A DNA stretch of 64,000 bases from Minutocellus sp. GHC0000111 (Eukaryota). Position numbers and translations under genes: made by a program. The stretch lies in the NCBI GenBank assembly GCA_977018835.1, contig OZ361259.1, forward strand, positions 2,728,001 to 2,792,000, in the 5' to 3' direction. This document shows positions 10,704 to 21,206 of this stretch, in pieces (within the stretch, counting starts at the first letter, position 1; each line of letters begins with the position of its first letter). The notes below the pieces were generated by a model. The model worked only from the letters and a program-made list of their open reading frames with translations, did no database searches and had not been told where the DNA came from.

Positions 10704-12451
10704 CTTTTTTATTGTTGAGTTTGCGTGGACAAGAGCTGCGATAAGCGAGAGATAGGGAGGGAGGGAGAAGAAGAATATGGTGAGATTATTATAAAAGAAA
10801 TCAAGCTGAAAGAGCAAAGTATCTTGAAATTCGTTCTTGTTGTCGGCGGCGGCGGGTACAGAAGGACCGGGAGGTGGAGTTGTCGCGTCGTTCCTCAAAG
10901 CACCGCAATGCAAAGAGAAGACACGAGTCCAATGCGCCGCCTTCATCAGACCGATGGTCGTCCCGACACATCCAAGAGGATACTTCTCGATCCACCCTTT
11001 CCTTGAATGGTTTGGGCCAACAGAAATCGATCCAATGCCGCTCACTCGCTCCTCCACCATCAACCGATCGTTTGCAAAACGCAATGCAATGCCGCCGCGC
11101 CGCCAGCCACCGCCAAACTGTGCCGCAGCCAATGTCGGCACATCATGTGCTAGTTCTACGAGAGCCATTATTGCAGGTACCACCGAGAGGGGCGGCACCA
11201 TATCATCCAACATGGTAGAGAGGGGTAGCCTTACCTGAAGAGCAAATGCAATGGAAGGGATGCGTTGGTGGGAGAGCGACGAGCGAGGAGCCAAAGCGCT
11301 TTGGTTCGGTCCCTTTCTTTCACCGGCAGTCGTTTTAGCCTCGTCAACCGGCGGCGGCTCCCCGCTGCATAGGCCTATATCGATTTTCATCACCGTATAT
11401 AGCATATGTTTCGGACTGATTTCTGCGAACAAAACGGACCCATCAGTCGAACTCTATCATGTGCTAAATATTTTTCTTGTTCGATTTGGTATCATCTGTA
11501 ACACCTATTACATTAATTTTTATCACTTTAAAGACCACGTATTCCAATCACAATTTTGGGCATCAAAAGCGCGCACTTTTTCGGAAACTTTCTCCAAAAA
11601 CGGACACAGCATGAAACCGGCAAAGATCAGTTTCGACCATACCGAAAGAGTGTTCGGGTCGATGACCCACCTCCAACCGACGAAAACCGACCGAAATTGA
11701 TGCATTCGGACAGGAATGGCCAAACCTCAGCGAGCTGGCATCGCCAGCATTGCCATATCTTCGTCGCCCAATACTTTTTATATTCATCGGTCCAAAAATC
11801 GGCGATTCCAGTCTTCTGGCAGAAAAAAAGCAGCACGGCCGTGACGATCTGACTTTGGGCGACCCGTTCCAGCAACCCTCCACCCAACGACCACCACCAC
11901 ACCATACAAAGGCAGCATAACTTTGTTGAGGTAAGGCTATCCACCGCTCACGGCCATGAGGGGATATATGTATCGATGGATGGTCCGATAAATGAAGAGC
12001 GATGAACGTTGATCGAAGGTCGGAGGCAAGGCGATGATGGGTCGGCGGCATTGGCCATCGGCCGCCGCGCGACCGCAACTCCTTCGCCTTCGCTCTGGGT
12101 CGGATTTGGGAGGCGATTGCTTATCAAGATTGGAGAGAGAAACCTCTTGATGGGTAGAAGCGAACCTATGCACCCGCTAGCAATGCATCGGAGACAGGTA
12201 TGCCTGTGCCTCCCGCGTATCTTTCCGGCAAAGGTTCGGCGCTTGGTCAATGCTTGGAAAGTGGCACACTCCTTTCGATCGATCAATCCATCGCTCGCCA
12301 TCATTGGCCTCGTTTCTTCTGTCGGAGGGAGTTTCCCCATCAACACCAAATCTACATGCACGCATATGTTCTCACCTACATTTATCACATCTCTCTCATA
12401 TCTCTACAACAAACACACAGCCATTTTCCAACACAACACGAAAATAGAAAA

Positions 12452-13732
12452 ATGATTGGACGTTACGCCGTTCTTGCTCTCTCCCTCCTCGTCGGAGCCG
12501 AGGCCGCCAAGGGATCCGCCAAGCCCGACAAGGCCATGCAGAAGCACATGTCCCGCCTCATGCGCGGCGCCAAGCCCACCAAGAACTCCCGTATGCTCGA
12601 GCAGAACTGGGAGGACTACAACCCCGACATCTCCGGCTACTCCCTCCGCTTCGAGCAGTGCCAGTTCGTCAAGATGTACGACGACGAGATGGCCGAGAAC
12701 GAGGAGGCCGAGACCGTCCTCGGTACCAAGCGCTTCGTCGTCTTCAAGCTTTGCCCCACCGGCGGCGACTGCTCCTACAACTACGGCGAGTACGCCGTCA
12801 TGATGGAGGACTACCTCGAGTCCATGGTCCAGTACGCCCAGGAGGCCCAGGAGAACATGTGCGAGACTTGCGAGGAGAACTGCCAGAACAACAACAACGG
12901 CGGACGTTTCCTCGAGGAGGCCCAGGAGCAGGACGAGCAGCAGGAGCAGGACAACCAGGAGCAGCAGCAGCAGAACTGGAACGCCAACTACGACTGCGAG
13001 TGCATGGACACCTGCTACAAGATCGAGAACATGGAGGAGAACGGATACATCGATGCCACCGAGTTCCTCGAGTGCCAGGCCATCTACGAGGACAACTACG
13101 GCAACCAGCTCTTCGCCGGCCCCTACTGCTCCGGTGGCGAGAAGATCAAGATCGGTGTCTTCACCGACGAGGAGTGCATGTTCCTCGACTCCTCCAAGGA
13201 CGTTGAGGACTACCTCCAGGATGGCGACGGATACTCCATGAAGCTTTCCCACGCCCTTCTCAAGACCACCTACGACCGTGAGTCCGCCGTTTCCTGCCTC
13301 GTCGTTGATGAGGAGGCCGAGCAGAACCAGAACAACAACAACAACCAGCAGCAGGAGGAGCCCGAGGTCATGGAGGTCTGCCAAGAGCTTTACGAGACCG
13401 CCGCCAAGTGCGAGAAGTCCCACGGCTTCGACAACGGCTACTCCCAGTACGCCGCCGCCTACGAGAACCAGCTTGTCCAGGAGTCCAAGGTGTGCGACTA
13501 CATCTCCTCCCTCAAGTCCGGTACCTACAGCGAGGAGGGTGACATCATCGTCGGATCCGGCGGTGTTACCACCCGCTCCGGCGGCACCAAGCCCACCGGT
13601 GGCCAAAAGTTCGCCCTCACCTTCTTCATCCTCGGCACCGTCGGCCTCGCCGTGTACGCCGCCATGCTCCACTCTCAACTTACCAAGGGCGCCAAGGCCG
13701 ACCTCTCCAAGCAGGGCGGTGCCATGGCTTAA
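12452..13732 (+). CDS. Silicanin-like membrane protein (paralog B)
   Basis: Signal peptide; RML motif; YSLRFEQCQFV...KRFVVFKLCP; N/Q/E-rich segments; internal RFL; GPYCS..KIKIGVFTDEEC matching A's GPYCSD..KIFMGVFTDEFC; C-terminal TM (FALTFFILGTVGLAVYAAML). Confidence 0.8.
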   Translation: MIGRYAVLALSLLVGAEAAKGSAKPDKAMQKHMSRLMRGAKPTKNSRMLEQNWEDYNPDISGYSLRFEQCQFVKMYDDEMAENEEAETVLGTKRFVVFKLCPTGGDCSYNYGEYAVMMEDYLESMVQYAQEAQENMCETCEENCQNNNNGGRFLEEAQEQDEQQEQDNQEQQQQNWNANYDCECMDTCYKIENMEENGYIDATEFLECQAIYEDNYGNQLFAGPYCSGGEKIKIGVFTDEECMFLDSSKDVEDYLQDGDGYSMKLSHALLKTTYDRESAVSCLVVDEEAEQNQNNNNNQQQEEPEVMEVCQELYETAAKCEKSHGFDNGYSQYAAAYENQLVQESKVCDYISSLKSGTYSEEGDIIVGSGGVTTRSGGTKPTGGQKFALTFFILGTVGLAVYAAMLHSQLTKGAKADLSKQGGAMA

Positions 13733-13769
13733 GCATTTCTCTTTTGTAACGCACGAACTACTATTTTTC

Positions 13770-13964
13770 CAATGTACAATATTTTGGGAGAGCGCCATCA
13801 CCTGCCCTCTTTTGCGGTTCAATAATGACTGACTTGAAGGGGAAGGAAAGAAAGGTGTGATCTCACGGAATGCTCTTCATCAACATTCAACAAAACATCT
13901 GCGCCGCTTCAGGTGAACGCGGCAGCGAAACACTCCTTTTATGTTCTACTTAGTAATATAATAA
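13770..13964 (+). promoter_or_regulatory. Conserved 3'-UTR element of silicanin paralog B
   Basis: CAATGTACAATAT at 13770-13782; TCAATAATGA at 13819-13828; TCTGCGCCGCTTCAGGTGAACGCGGCAGCGA at 13898-13928; TATGTTCTACTTAGTAATATAATAA at 13940-13964. Confidence 0.7.
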
Positions 13965-14189
13965 ACTCGACTTTACACACGAAATTCGTATTCATACATG
14001 TACTGTACAGCCATGACAGACATGACCGTCATACCGAGGACCGACCACCCTTCTGACTGGTGCCGTTTTTGCGGTACGTAGCGTAGCTACGTATCTGAAC
14101 ACCCGGAAACTTTCAGCAACCAAGCGAAGATACCGGCTGCCGGCCACGAACATCAGAACACATCACATGCCACGAAACAAGTGCCGGCC

Positions 14190-16496
14190 ATGGTCCTCCC
14201 TGCGATAGAGTCTTCGCCAGTGTTGCTATCCCGCTTCACATCCAAGGCAGATGATGAGCTCATTTATGCCGTCAAGGAACGGTTGGAGGATGCCGGTCTA
14301 CTTATTGTCACAACCGACACGACAGGTGATGGGCAAGTTCTCCTCGGTCTGTCGACAACGCAGAAGGAGGTCGAGAGGGAGGCCGAGCTAGTGAAGCTAG
14401 TGAAACCGACGACGTCGGCCTTGGTTGGGTTTGCTTCTGCTCCGGTAGGAGATGGTACCCTTCGAAATAATGCCGTTCACGAGCACTTCACGGTGGCGGG
14501 GAGAGAGAATTTTGTGCGATTCCCCGACACGTACCCCAAAGATGTCGACCCGATAACGGAATATGATTCCTTCGGACTGTTCACATCGGCCGATCGGGCC
14601 ATGTTGGTGTGGTCGATACTGGACAGTGTCAATGTATTGCCGGCGAACAAGTTGAGTTCCAACCTGTCGCGAAAGCTGGATGAGCTGGGCGTGCCTTATT
14701 TGCATTCTCGGCACTACTACTACTACGAGAACCTGAAAGCCATGGGCTTCTCTAAAGGCAATCTAAAGATTGGAAGTGGTGGCAAAGACGACAAGGAACG
14801 TAGCTCCCAGTCGCTACGGCATGTGTTGCAGGATTCAAACCTCATTGATGTCGTTGCTCCATCACACATACCACACATCCAAAACAAAATTGTAAAAGAA
14901 ACTCTCAATCTACAAACAGGCGCGCCATTGACCGCCATGAGGGATTATTATGGCGAAGAAATTGCCTTCTACTTTGCCTGGATGAATCATTTTTCGTCGT
15001 GGTTAATCTTTCCCGGTTTGCTTGGGCTCACCATCTACACCTTGCGCTTGTACCGGGGTGATACCGTGGACACCTGTGATCTCACTCCGTTTCACGGCTT
15101 GGGAACGTTCCTTTGGGGTGTCCTCTTCCTTCGTTATTGGGAACGCGAGGAAGCCCGTCTATCGTATGCATGGGGCACGTACGGAGACACAATTGCTAAG
15201 AAGAAGTATGGTGCACGGCCAGAGTTTGAGGGAGAATTGAAACCATCTCCAGTCACTGGGACCTTGGAGAAGTATTACAGTCCAACCAAACGACGTCTGA
15301 AATATGTCGTCAGTGCGGCAGTCACGTCGTTCCTCTTGGCCGCCGCTGGATTCGTAATGATACTTTCATTAAACCTACAAGGATATGTCCGGCCGCGAGA
15401 TGACCGGGGGCGCTGGGGGCAGGACCACGACCACCCGTTTTACTATCCTATGCTTGCCACCTTTGCGGAAGAAGGAAACATCTTTGATGCGGCTTCCCAT
15501 TGGAAATGCTTTTTGCCTGTCATACTTCACGTTCTTGTGGTGATGACCATGAACAAATTGTATCGTCGAGTAGCGGAGAAGCTTACATCCTGGGAGAACC
15601 ATGAAACTACCATCGGCCACGAGAATAGTCTCATCATCAAGCGATTTCTCTTCGAGGCCTTCGATGCTTATGTGATATTATTTTATCTTGCCTTCTTTGA
15701 AAAGGACATTGCCAAATTGCGAGGTGAATTGGTTTCAGTCTTCAATGTTGATACTTTTCGCAGACTGCTTGTGGAATGCGCACTTCCTTTGGTCGTGCAG
15801 CGCTTAGAAAAGGACAAAGAATATCACGAAAAGATGAGGAAAAAGACGGACGGCAACGATTCCAGCGATGCTGACAAATCTACCAGATTGACGGTGGAAT
15901 CAGGCCGGGATGAATACGAGCAATTCGATGATTACCTTGAAATGCTGATTGAGCTCGGCTACGTGACGCTATTTGCCTCTGCGTATCCGTTGGCTGCATT
16001 CATTGCCATATTTGCAAACTACGTTGAATACAGAGCCGATGCGTGGAAACTATCTCGGGTCTGTTTGCGACCAAGAGCCATACGGACGGATTCGGTTGGC
16101 ACCTGGAAACTTTTGATGAAGGTGATTGTGTGGGGCTCTGCTTTGACCAATTGTCTTATTTTTTGTTTCACCAGCAGGCAAATGTACCAATGGATGCCCG
16201 ATGCCTTTAGCTACGATGAAACAACCGGCCACAAATCATTCGTTGCAGGGAAAGGGTGGTATGTTGTGCTCACAATGTTTGGGATCGAGAGAGCTCTGCT
16301 TGTTGCCGGTTTATTGATAACACTAATTGTACCTTCCGTCCCAGAAGACGTGGCCCAGTTGGAGGAACGTCGGCAGTTCGTTCGGGAACAGGCCTCGCAG
16401 AAGGTTCGATCAGACAATTTTCTCAAGAAGAAAATGGACGAAGGCTCGATGGGTTCCATCGGATCGATTGTGACTTTTAACAAAGAATCCAGCTAG
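14190..16496 (+). CDS. Anoctamin/TMEM16 family channel or lipid scramblase (ANO10-like)
   Basis: RDYYGEEIAFYFAW, LTSWENHET, FDDYLEMLIELGYVTLFASAYPLA and NYVEYRADAWKL. Confidence 0.92.
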   Translation: MVLPAIESSPVLLSRFTSKADDELIYAVKERLEDAGLLIVTTDTTGDGQVLLGLSTTQKEVEREAELVKLVKPTTSALVGFASAPVGDGTLRNNAVHEHFTVAGRENFVRFPDTYPKDVDPITEYDSFGLFTSADRAMLVWSILDSVNVLPANKLSSNLSRKLDELGVPYLHSRHYYYYENLKAMGFSKGNLKIGSGGKDDKERSSQSLRHVLQDSNLIDVVAPSHIPHIQNKIVKETLNLQTGAPLTAMRDYYGEEIAFYFAWMNHFSSWLIFPGLLGLTIYTLRLYRGDTVDTCDLTPFHGLGTFLWGVLFLRYWEREEARLSYAWGTYGDTIAKKKYGARPEFEGELKPSPVTGTLEKYYSPTKRRLKYVVSAAVTSFLLAAAGFVMILSLNLQGYVRPRDDRGRWGQDHDHPFYYPMLATFAEEGNIFDAASHWKCFLPVILHVLVVMTMNKLYRRVAEKLTSWENHETTIGHENSLIIKRFLFEAFDAYVILFYLAFFEKDIAKLRGELVSVFNVDTFRRLLVECALPLVVQRLEKDKEYHEKMRKKTDGNDSSDADKSTRLTVESGRDEYEQFDDYLEMLIELGYVTLFASAYPLAAFIAIFANYVEYRADAWKLSRVCLRPRAIRTDSVGTWKLLMKVIVWGSALTNCLIFCFTSRQMYQWMPDAFSYDETTGHKSFVAGKGWYVVLTMFGIERALLVAGLLITLIVPSVPEDVAQLEERRQFVREQASQKVRSDNFLKKKMDEGSMGSIGSIVTFNKESS

Positions 16497-16844
16497 TCTA
16501 AAAGTACCTGTAATCAATTAAGAGAAATACTTTCTGCTACGTACTAGTACCGGTACGGTAGCTAGACTTGTCATCCATCTCTCACCCTCGAAGCTGGAAG
16601 AAGGTCAAAAGCCAGCGGCCCGCCCGGCAAATGTACCCATGTCCCAGATATTGGTGGATTCCGCCTCGTCGGCCGGCCGGCGCTCCGCCGGCTCCGCCGC
16701 CGCCGCAACCATATAAAGGCTTATTTTTTTGCTGAGGACCCCTGAAGGCTGAAGGCGGTAGTCCCCTTCAGCTTTCAGTTTGTACTGCTGTGCCTTTCAT
16801 CCTTTATTCGTCTGCTTTTGTGAAAAATTGAATCAATTGTTATC

Positions 16845-17387
16845 ATGACGAGATTCTGCGCCTCCGTTGTTGCACCGACCTTCGTACTTTTTGTCCCATT
16901 CTTTCGACTCACCACCGCGAATCTGACGAATCAAGTGGTTCCGCCAGCGGCCGATCAGCCAGAACACCTGCGCCTTCAGTACAAGAATGTAGCCGACAAT
17001 CACCTAAAGCAATGTCTGGTGAATTCGGACCAGGAAAGCTGCGAGTCTATATCTGTCTGCACTTGGTGTCATGCTCCTGGCAAGACCACAACCGGCCTTT
17101 GCTTCCCAACCATGTTCGCAAGTGTAGCGCAGTGCGACCAATGGGACGATATGGACACAAAATGTATGCTGGCAGGTCTACCACCAGACAATAGCAGTGA
17201 CGACCCGCGTGATTTATGCAGTAAGGCAACAGATGGAGAAGGAGGGGCATGTATTTGGTGTGATGTAGCTTTTGGCGCCGGCGTTTGTATGGATGGGACA
17301 CAGGCAAAGGCGGCAGGGCGCTGGCTTTCGTGCGATGGCAGTTCTGGCTCGGATACTGAAGAGTTGGCACCAAAAATAGCCAAATAG
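16845..17387 (+). CDS. Secreted Cys-rich protein with two CxWC (PSI-like) modules
   Basis: Signal peptide; CTWCH...GLCF and CIWCD...GVCM repeats. Confidence 0.6.
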   Translation: MTRFCASVVAPTFVLFVPFFRLTTANLTNQVVPPAADQPEHLRLQYKNVADNHLKQCLVNSDQESCESISVCTWCHAPGKTTTGLCFPTMFASVAQCDQWDDMDTKCMLAGLPPDNSSDDPRDLCSKATDGEGGACIWCDVAFGAGVCMDGTQAKAAGRWLSCDGSSGSDTEELAPKIAK

Positions 17388-17396
17388 ATATTTACT

Positions 17397-18122
17397 TTAG
17401 GAAGATATGCATATCAATAGAATTGAAAGCACAGCCTGCCAAATCACATATGCGTAGGCGGCTGTTCGTTCAGCTATGCCCAAAATGCCAATGCCTTCGG
17501 CTAGAGGCGCACATATACCTCCTGCAAACATGAGCGATACCACCAAAACTGTAAATTGCTGAAACGAATGGCTTGAAATTGCCCAGGCTAATAAATACAT
17601 TGCCACAAGAGAAAGCAATACGCTCATCCCAACCAGTATGAGATGCATTCGGCCAGAAAAAGTAGAAACTGTTCCTCGAACATCCTGCGGGAAGATCAGC
17701 GCCGAGAGTAGGTTACAGAACGACGCCGTCCCCAAAAGCAAACCGCCACGATACATTGATAGTCGAATCTGAAGTCTCTGTTCAAATGGTATCTTCTCAT
17801 TGGGGGCAGGGCTATTTTTACTACTCCACTTTCTTTGCATTTGATCGCTTCTGCTTGCCAAGTCGACGACGCAATTTGCTGCTTGCAATATGCCACAAAA
17901 TCCGAATAATATTCCAAATATGTCGGATATTGACATGAGAGTGACAGCTACGATACGGGCTAATGTTGGTACCATGCCAGGAATCAGCAGCTCAGATATC
18001 GAGTTGAATGTAATGGAGTATCCAGCGACAGAATGAGAGACGATCAAATCTGCCGCTACGAATGTTGCCGATGCCGCTACGCCCGAGGCAAGTAGAAGAG
18101 GTGGCGAGGGTATTCGGATCAT
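17397..18122 (-). CDS. DUF998-like membrane protein
   Basis: GYS...NSISEL, FPQD, MHLILVG and GIAERT motifs with several TM helices. The start is uncertain. Confidence 0.6.
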   Translation of the reverse strand: MIRIPSPPLLLASGVAASATFVAADLIVSHSVAGYSITFNSISELLIPGMVPTLARIVAVTLMSISDIFGILFGFCGILQAANCVVDLASRSDQMQRKWSSKNSPAPNEKIPFEQRLQIRLSMYRGGLLLGTASFCNLLSALIFPQDVRGTVSTFSGRMHLILVGMSVLLSLVAMYLLAWAISSHSFQQFTVLVVSLMFAGGICAPLAEGIGILGIAERTAAYAYVIWQAVLSILLICISS

Positions 18123-18406
18123 CTCAAAGGCAAAGCTGTCGCGTGCATTAACATCCATCGCACGTAGTAAATCAAACACTGCATGGCGACCGGCCCGTCT
18201 ATCAGGAGCACAACCATGACCCATCCATGACATGACATGTGATACGCATGCATCGTCATCGTCAAGAGCGAAAAGGAACCCGGATACGTTGGTTCTCATC
18301 GCATCGTAGAGTAGCAAAAAGTTGCTCTCTACATGTACAATACCGGTAATGTATTGGACCAGAGGGAAAAGCAATCTGAGTTAAAGCAATAGAATTGTTA
18401 TCATTG

Positions 18407-20193
18407 CTACCGGTTCTCGCTCTTGAGCTGATCTCTTAGCCTCAACTCTTCCTCTTCGGCATCAATCTCAGCCTGGGTCATTCCTTCATCACTGCCATTC
18501 AGCTTGCCGTCCCAGTTGGCCTTGTCGCCACAGTGATGTCTCTTGAAGTATGCCGAGGCCTCATTGACGGCTTGTATTACAGAGCACGCGGCAAATGCTT
18601 CACGGACTTTTCGCACAGGTTCAAGATCTTGTTTCTTTCCATGGGGATCGATTCGATAGTCGTACTTGGCCGCCGAATCCGGCGGAGGAAGAAGCATGAG
18701 AGGACTTTCGCAAGTGAATATATCGTGCGGTACCTTCCTCTTCGCGAAGAAGTACTTGCCTGTGCCGTACCGCTGGCAGAAATGGACCACATTCGGGACA
18801 GCGTACTTGCTGTGATCTGGATGGGCCGCAAATCCACACACCTCTTCGGCCGGGATCTTATCCACCATTCCCCAACCCTCGCCGCCATTCATGTCGACAG
18901 CACTGACCATGAGCGAGTCCAATCGCTGGTGCGGCAGTTCATAGTGCGCCGCGGCCAAACAAAACCCAAACATTTCTGCCAATAAATTGGGATACTGCTT
19001 GTGCACATGTGGCACGACGTCGGTCCATCCCACGGCAATGGTGTGCATATCGGACGCTACCGCCAAATATGGCGGACCGACCGGATAGTGCAGTCGAGCA
19101 AAGTCATCATCGACCTTGAGAGCTGGTGAGTCTTCTCCGACGATTTTGGATACGTCCACATTGTTCCTCCATTGGTTGCCAAATCCATACGTCTGACCGA
19201 ACGGTTTGCCCTTTTCCACCTTCATATATCGGTTGCCCTTTGCAGCATCCTTGGCAGGGAGGGTACCGAGCACCACATCCCGATCGTTGCTGTAGTCCGA
19301 TGTGATGGGCCTCAAGAACAACATATCGGGATCGATGAGAATTACCACCACGTCCTCATCGCGCATCTTCCCCGTCGGCTCGTCCAACCCCACCCCCTCC
19401 CCATGCTCCAACCAATGCCGCAAGCCAAAGGGCTTGTTGAAGAACTTGTAGTCACCTTTCTCCTCCCCGTTCTCATCGGTGACCTTGGAAAGTGCGGAGT
19501 GAAGTGGATGCCAAACCGAGAGCTCATGGGCCTGACGTGGTCATCGAACCACTGCTGAGCCTCTACCTCCTCCTCATCCTTACAGCCGGATGCTATTCTG
19601 GTAACGTGTCCCGGCTGACCGATGCGCAATGCTGAGTAGAATAGCAAATAACTCTGCCAGTGCTGGAAGGTACCGCAGTCGGTGGAGAACACCACGTGCA
19701 GCCGCGACCCGAGATGGTCCGTCAGGTTGTTCGGGTCGTCGACGGGCTCACCCGCCGAGGACTGGTAGGACGACGTGGCCGACGCGGCGTGCAGGGCGGC
19801 ATCGACGGCGTCCTTGCGCTGTTCGTGCGCCGCATCGAGGAGGGCCTGATCGACTTGGGATTTGATGCCATCCTCGACGCTGCCAGTACTTCCGCGGATG
19901 CCAGCTTTCGAGCCCTGCCGTGTGCCGAGCAACTGCTGCAATTCGTACAACCCTCTGCGGATTCCTCGTTTCCCCGTCATGAGGACGAGGATGGCCGACG
20001 CGGTGAGAAGGAGGATGGCCCACCATGCGAGCGCTGCGGTCGGCCGTCGTGTCTTGCTGGTCCGTCTGGCGGAGGAGGAGCGTCTTGTGCCATTATTTTT
20101 TGATGTCGACGCCGACGCCGCAGGGGAAGCGAACGAGCTGGGCGCCGAGCCCGGGCGGCCTCCGTGCCGAGAGCGGAGGGCGGCTGATACCAT
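18407..20193 (-). CDS. Golgi type-II glycosyltransferase (Hyp O-arabinosyltransferase / peptidyl-serine galactosyltransferase-like), with a 1-nt frameshift near 19489
   Basis: [40 protein letters not shown] (DxD), [21 protein letters not shown] and HFCQRY. Adding one T in cacTTTcc joins the two ORFs as [10 protein letters not shown]. Confidence 0.75.
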
Positions 20194-21206
20194 GATCGCC
20201 AGGTAGCTTTGAATGCGGGCAGAGACCCACAGCCGGCCTATCGACTTTGGTCGTTATGATACCACCAGCGGCACTTATTCGCGCTTGTTATTTTTGTCCG
20301 CAAGCGCAAAAAATAATGCAAGTCGCACCTCAAAATGGGATGTCCCATCGTTCGAGCCGGCCATGCCATCATCATCATTTTGCCTCCCTCTCCGGAATGG
20401 AGAAGGTGAGCAGCCTCATCCAGATACTAGTACGCTCGAAGTAGACAAAGCGTGAACTGACGCATCAATTAAGCACTGCGAATCGCTGCAAGGGAGACGC
20501 GGGCGGCGGCAGCAGCTGGCCGTGCAACTTTGCGTCGGGGTTCCGCCACTGGAAATTTTCGTCCAGAGAAGCAGCACTGGCTGAGGAGAGTGACAGGCTC
20601 TGGTGGGTGACCCGGCCGGCGTGGGGGCGTATCCCGTCGTTTTTCGCTGCCTTGCCTGAAGCAACGCTGGTGATTATCGATTCCGACACCGCCCATAACT
20701 CTTCCGTAGTGCAGTCTGCGGGTTGTTTGTTGTCCCGGTCGTCAATTGGCTCTGCGCTGGTATCCTTCGGCCCACTTCGCACCTGACCACAGTTTTCAGG
20801 GGTGAGTTATATAAAAATATTTTCATGTCCGTATAAAAATTTATATTGGAGGACTCGACTCGAAATGACGGGGGGCTGGTGGGGAAACTAACTTTGTCAG
20901 GTTGCAGCCCCGCGGAACGATCCACCGTTGGTCTTGCTTGGGTACAAGAACATCTATTAGCTAACCCGCACCATATTATCCTCTTCTTCTCTCTTGTTGT
21001 TGCGGTGGTACTGCAATTATTTTACGTGCGTATCTTTTTGCACACATAAAAACACATGATGTGTCGGTGGATGGTCCGGAACTGAAATTTTTGTCTCTTG
21101 ACTTTGCTTGGAACTGAATCTGCTGACCCGGCCCTGACTTCCATTCCCACCGTGTTGCAGAACTTGCTTGCTTGAAGACTGATAATTTTTAACAAAACTT
21201 AGAAGA

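Noticed and set aside
10704..11432. N-terminal extensions in the ORF track for the silicanins (also 12200-12451)
   Set aside because: They start at non-ATG or upstream codons. Clear signal peptides begin at the ATGs at 10703 and 12452, after A-rich leaders.
11390..11845. Possible MITE remnant in the silicanin spacer
   Set aside because: The composition is distinct, but I could not identify terminal inverted repeats, a target-site duplication or a second copy in the window.
9321..13822. Long antisense ORFs (9321-10718, 12404-13822; also 1217-2572 and 3539-4582)
   Set aside because: These are shadows of strongly C-ending codon bias in the real genes on the opposite strand.
9244..13964. The two conserved blocks read as terminal inverted repeats of a transposon carrying the silicanin genes
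   Set aside because: No target-site duplication or transposase is visible. The inversion follows from the head-to-head gene layout, and the blocks keep the same order and similar distance from each stop codon.
19487..19491. Programmed frameshifting or RNA editing as the cause of several split genes (also ~28235, ~31965, ~32165 and ~58883)
   Set aside because: Most breaks sit at short homopolymers, and a single-base indel restores the protein. Long-read consensus error is the simpler explanation.
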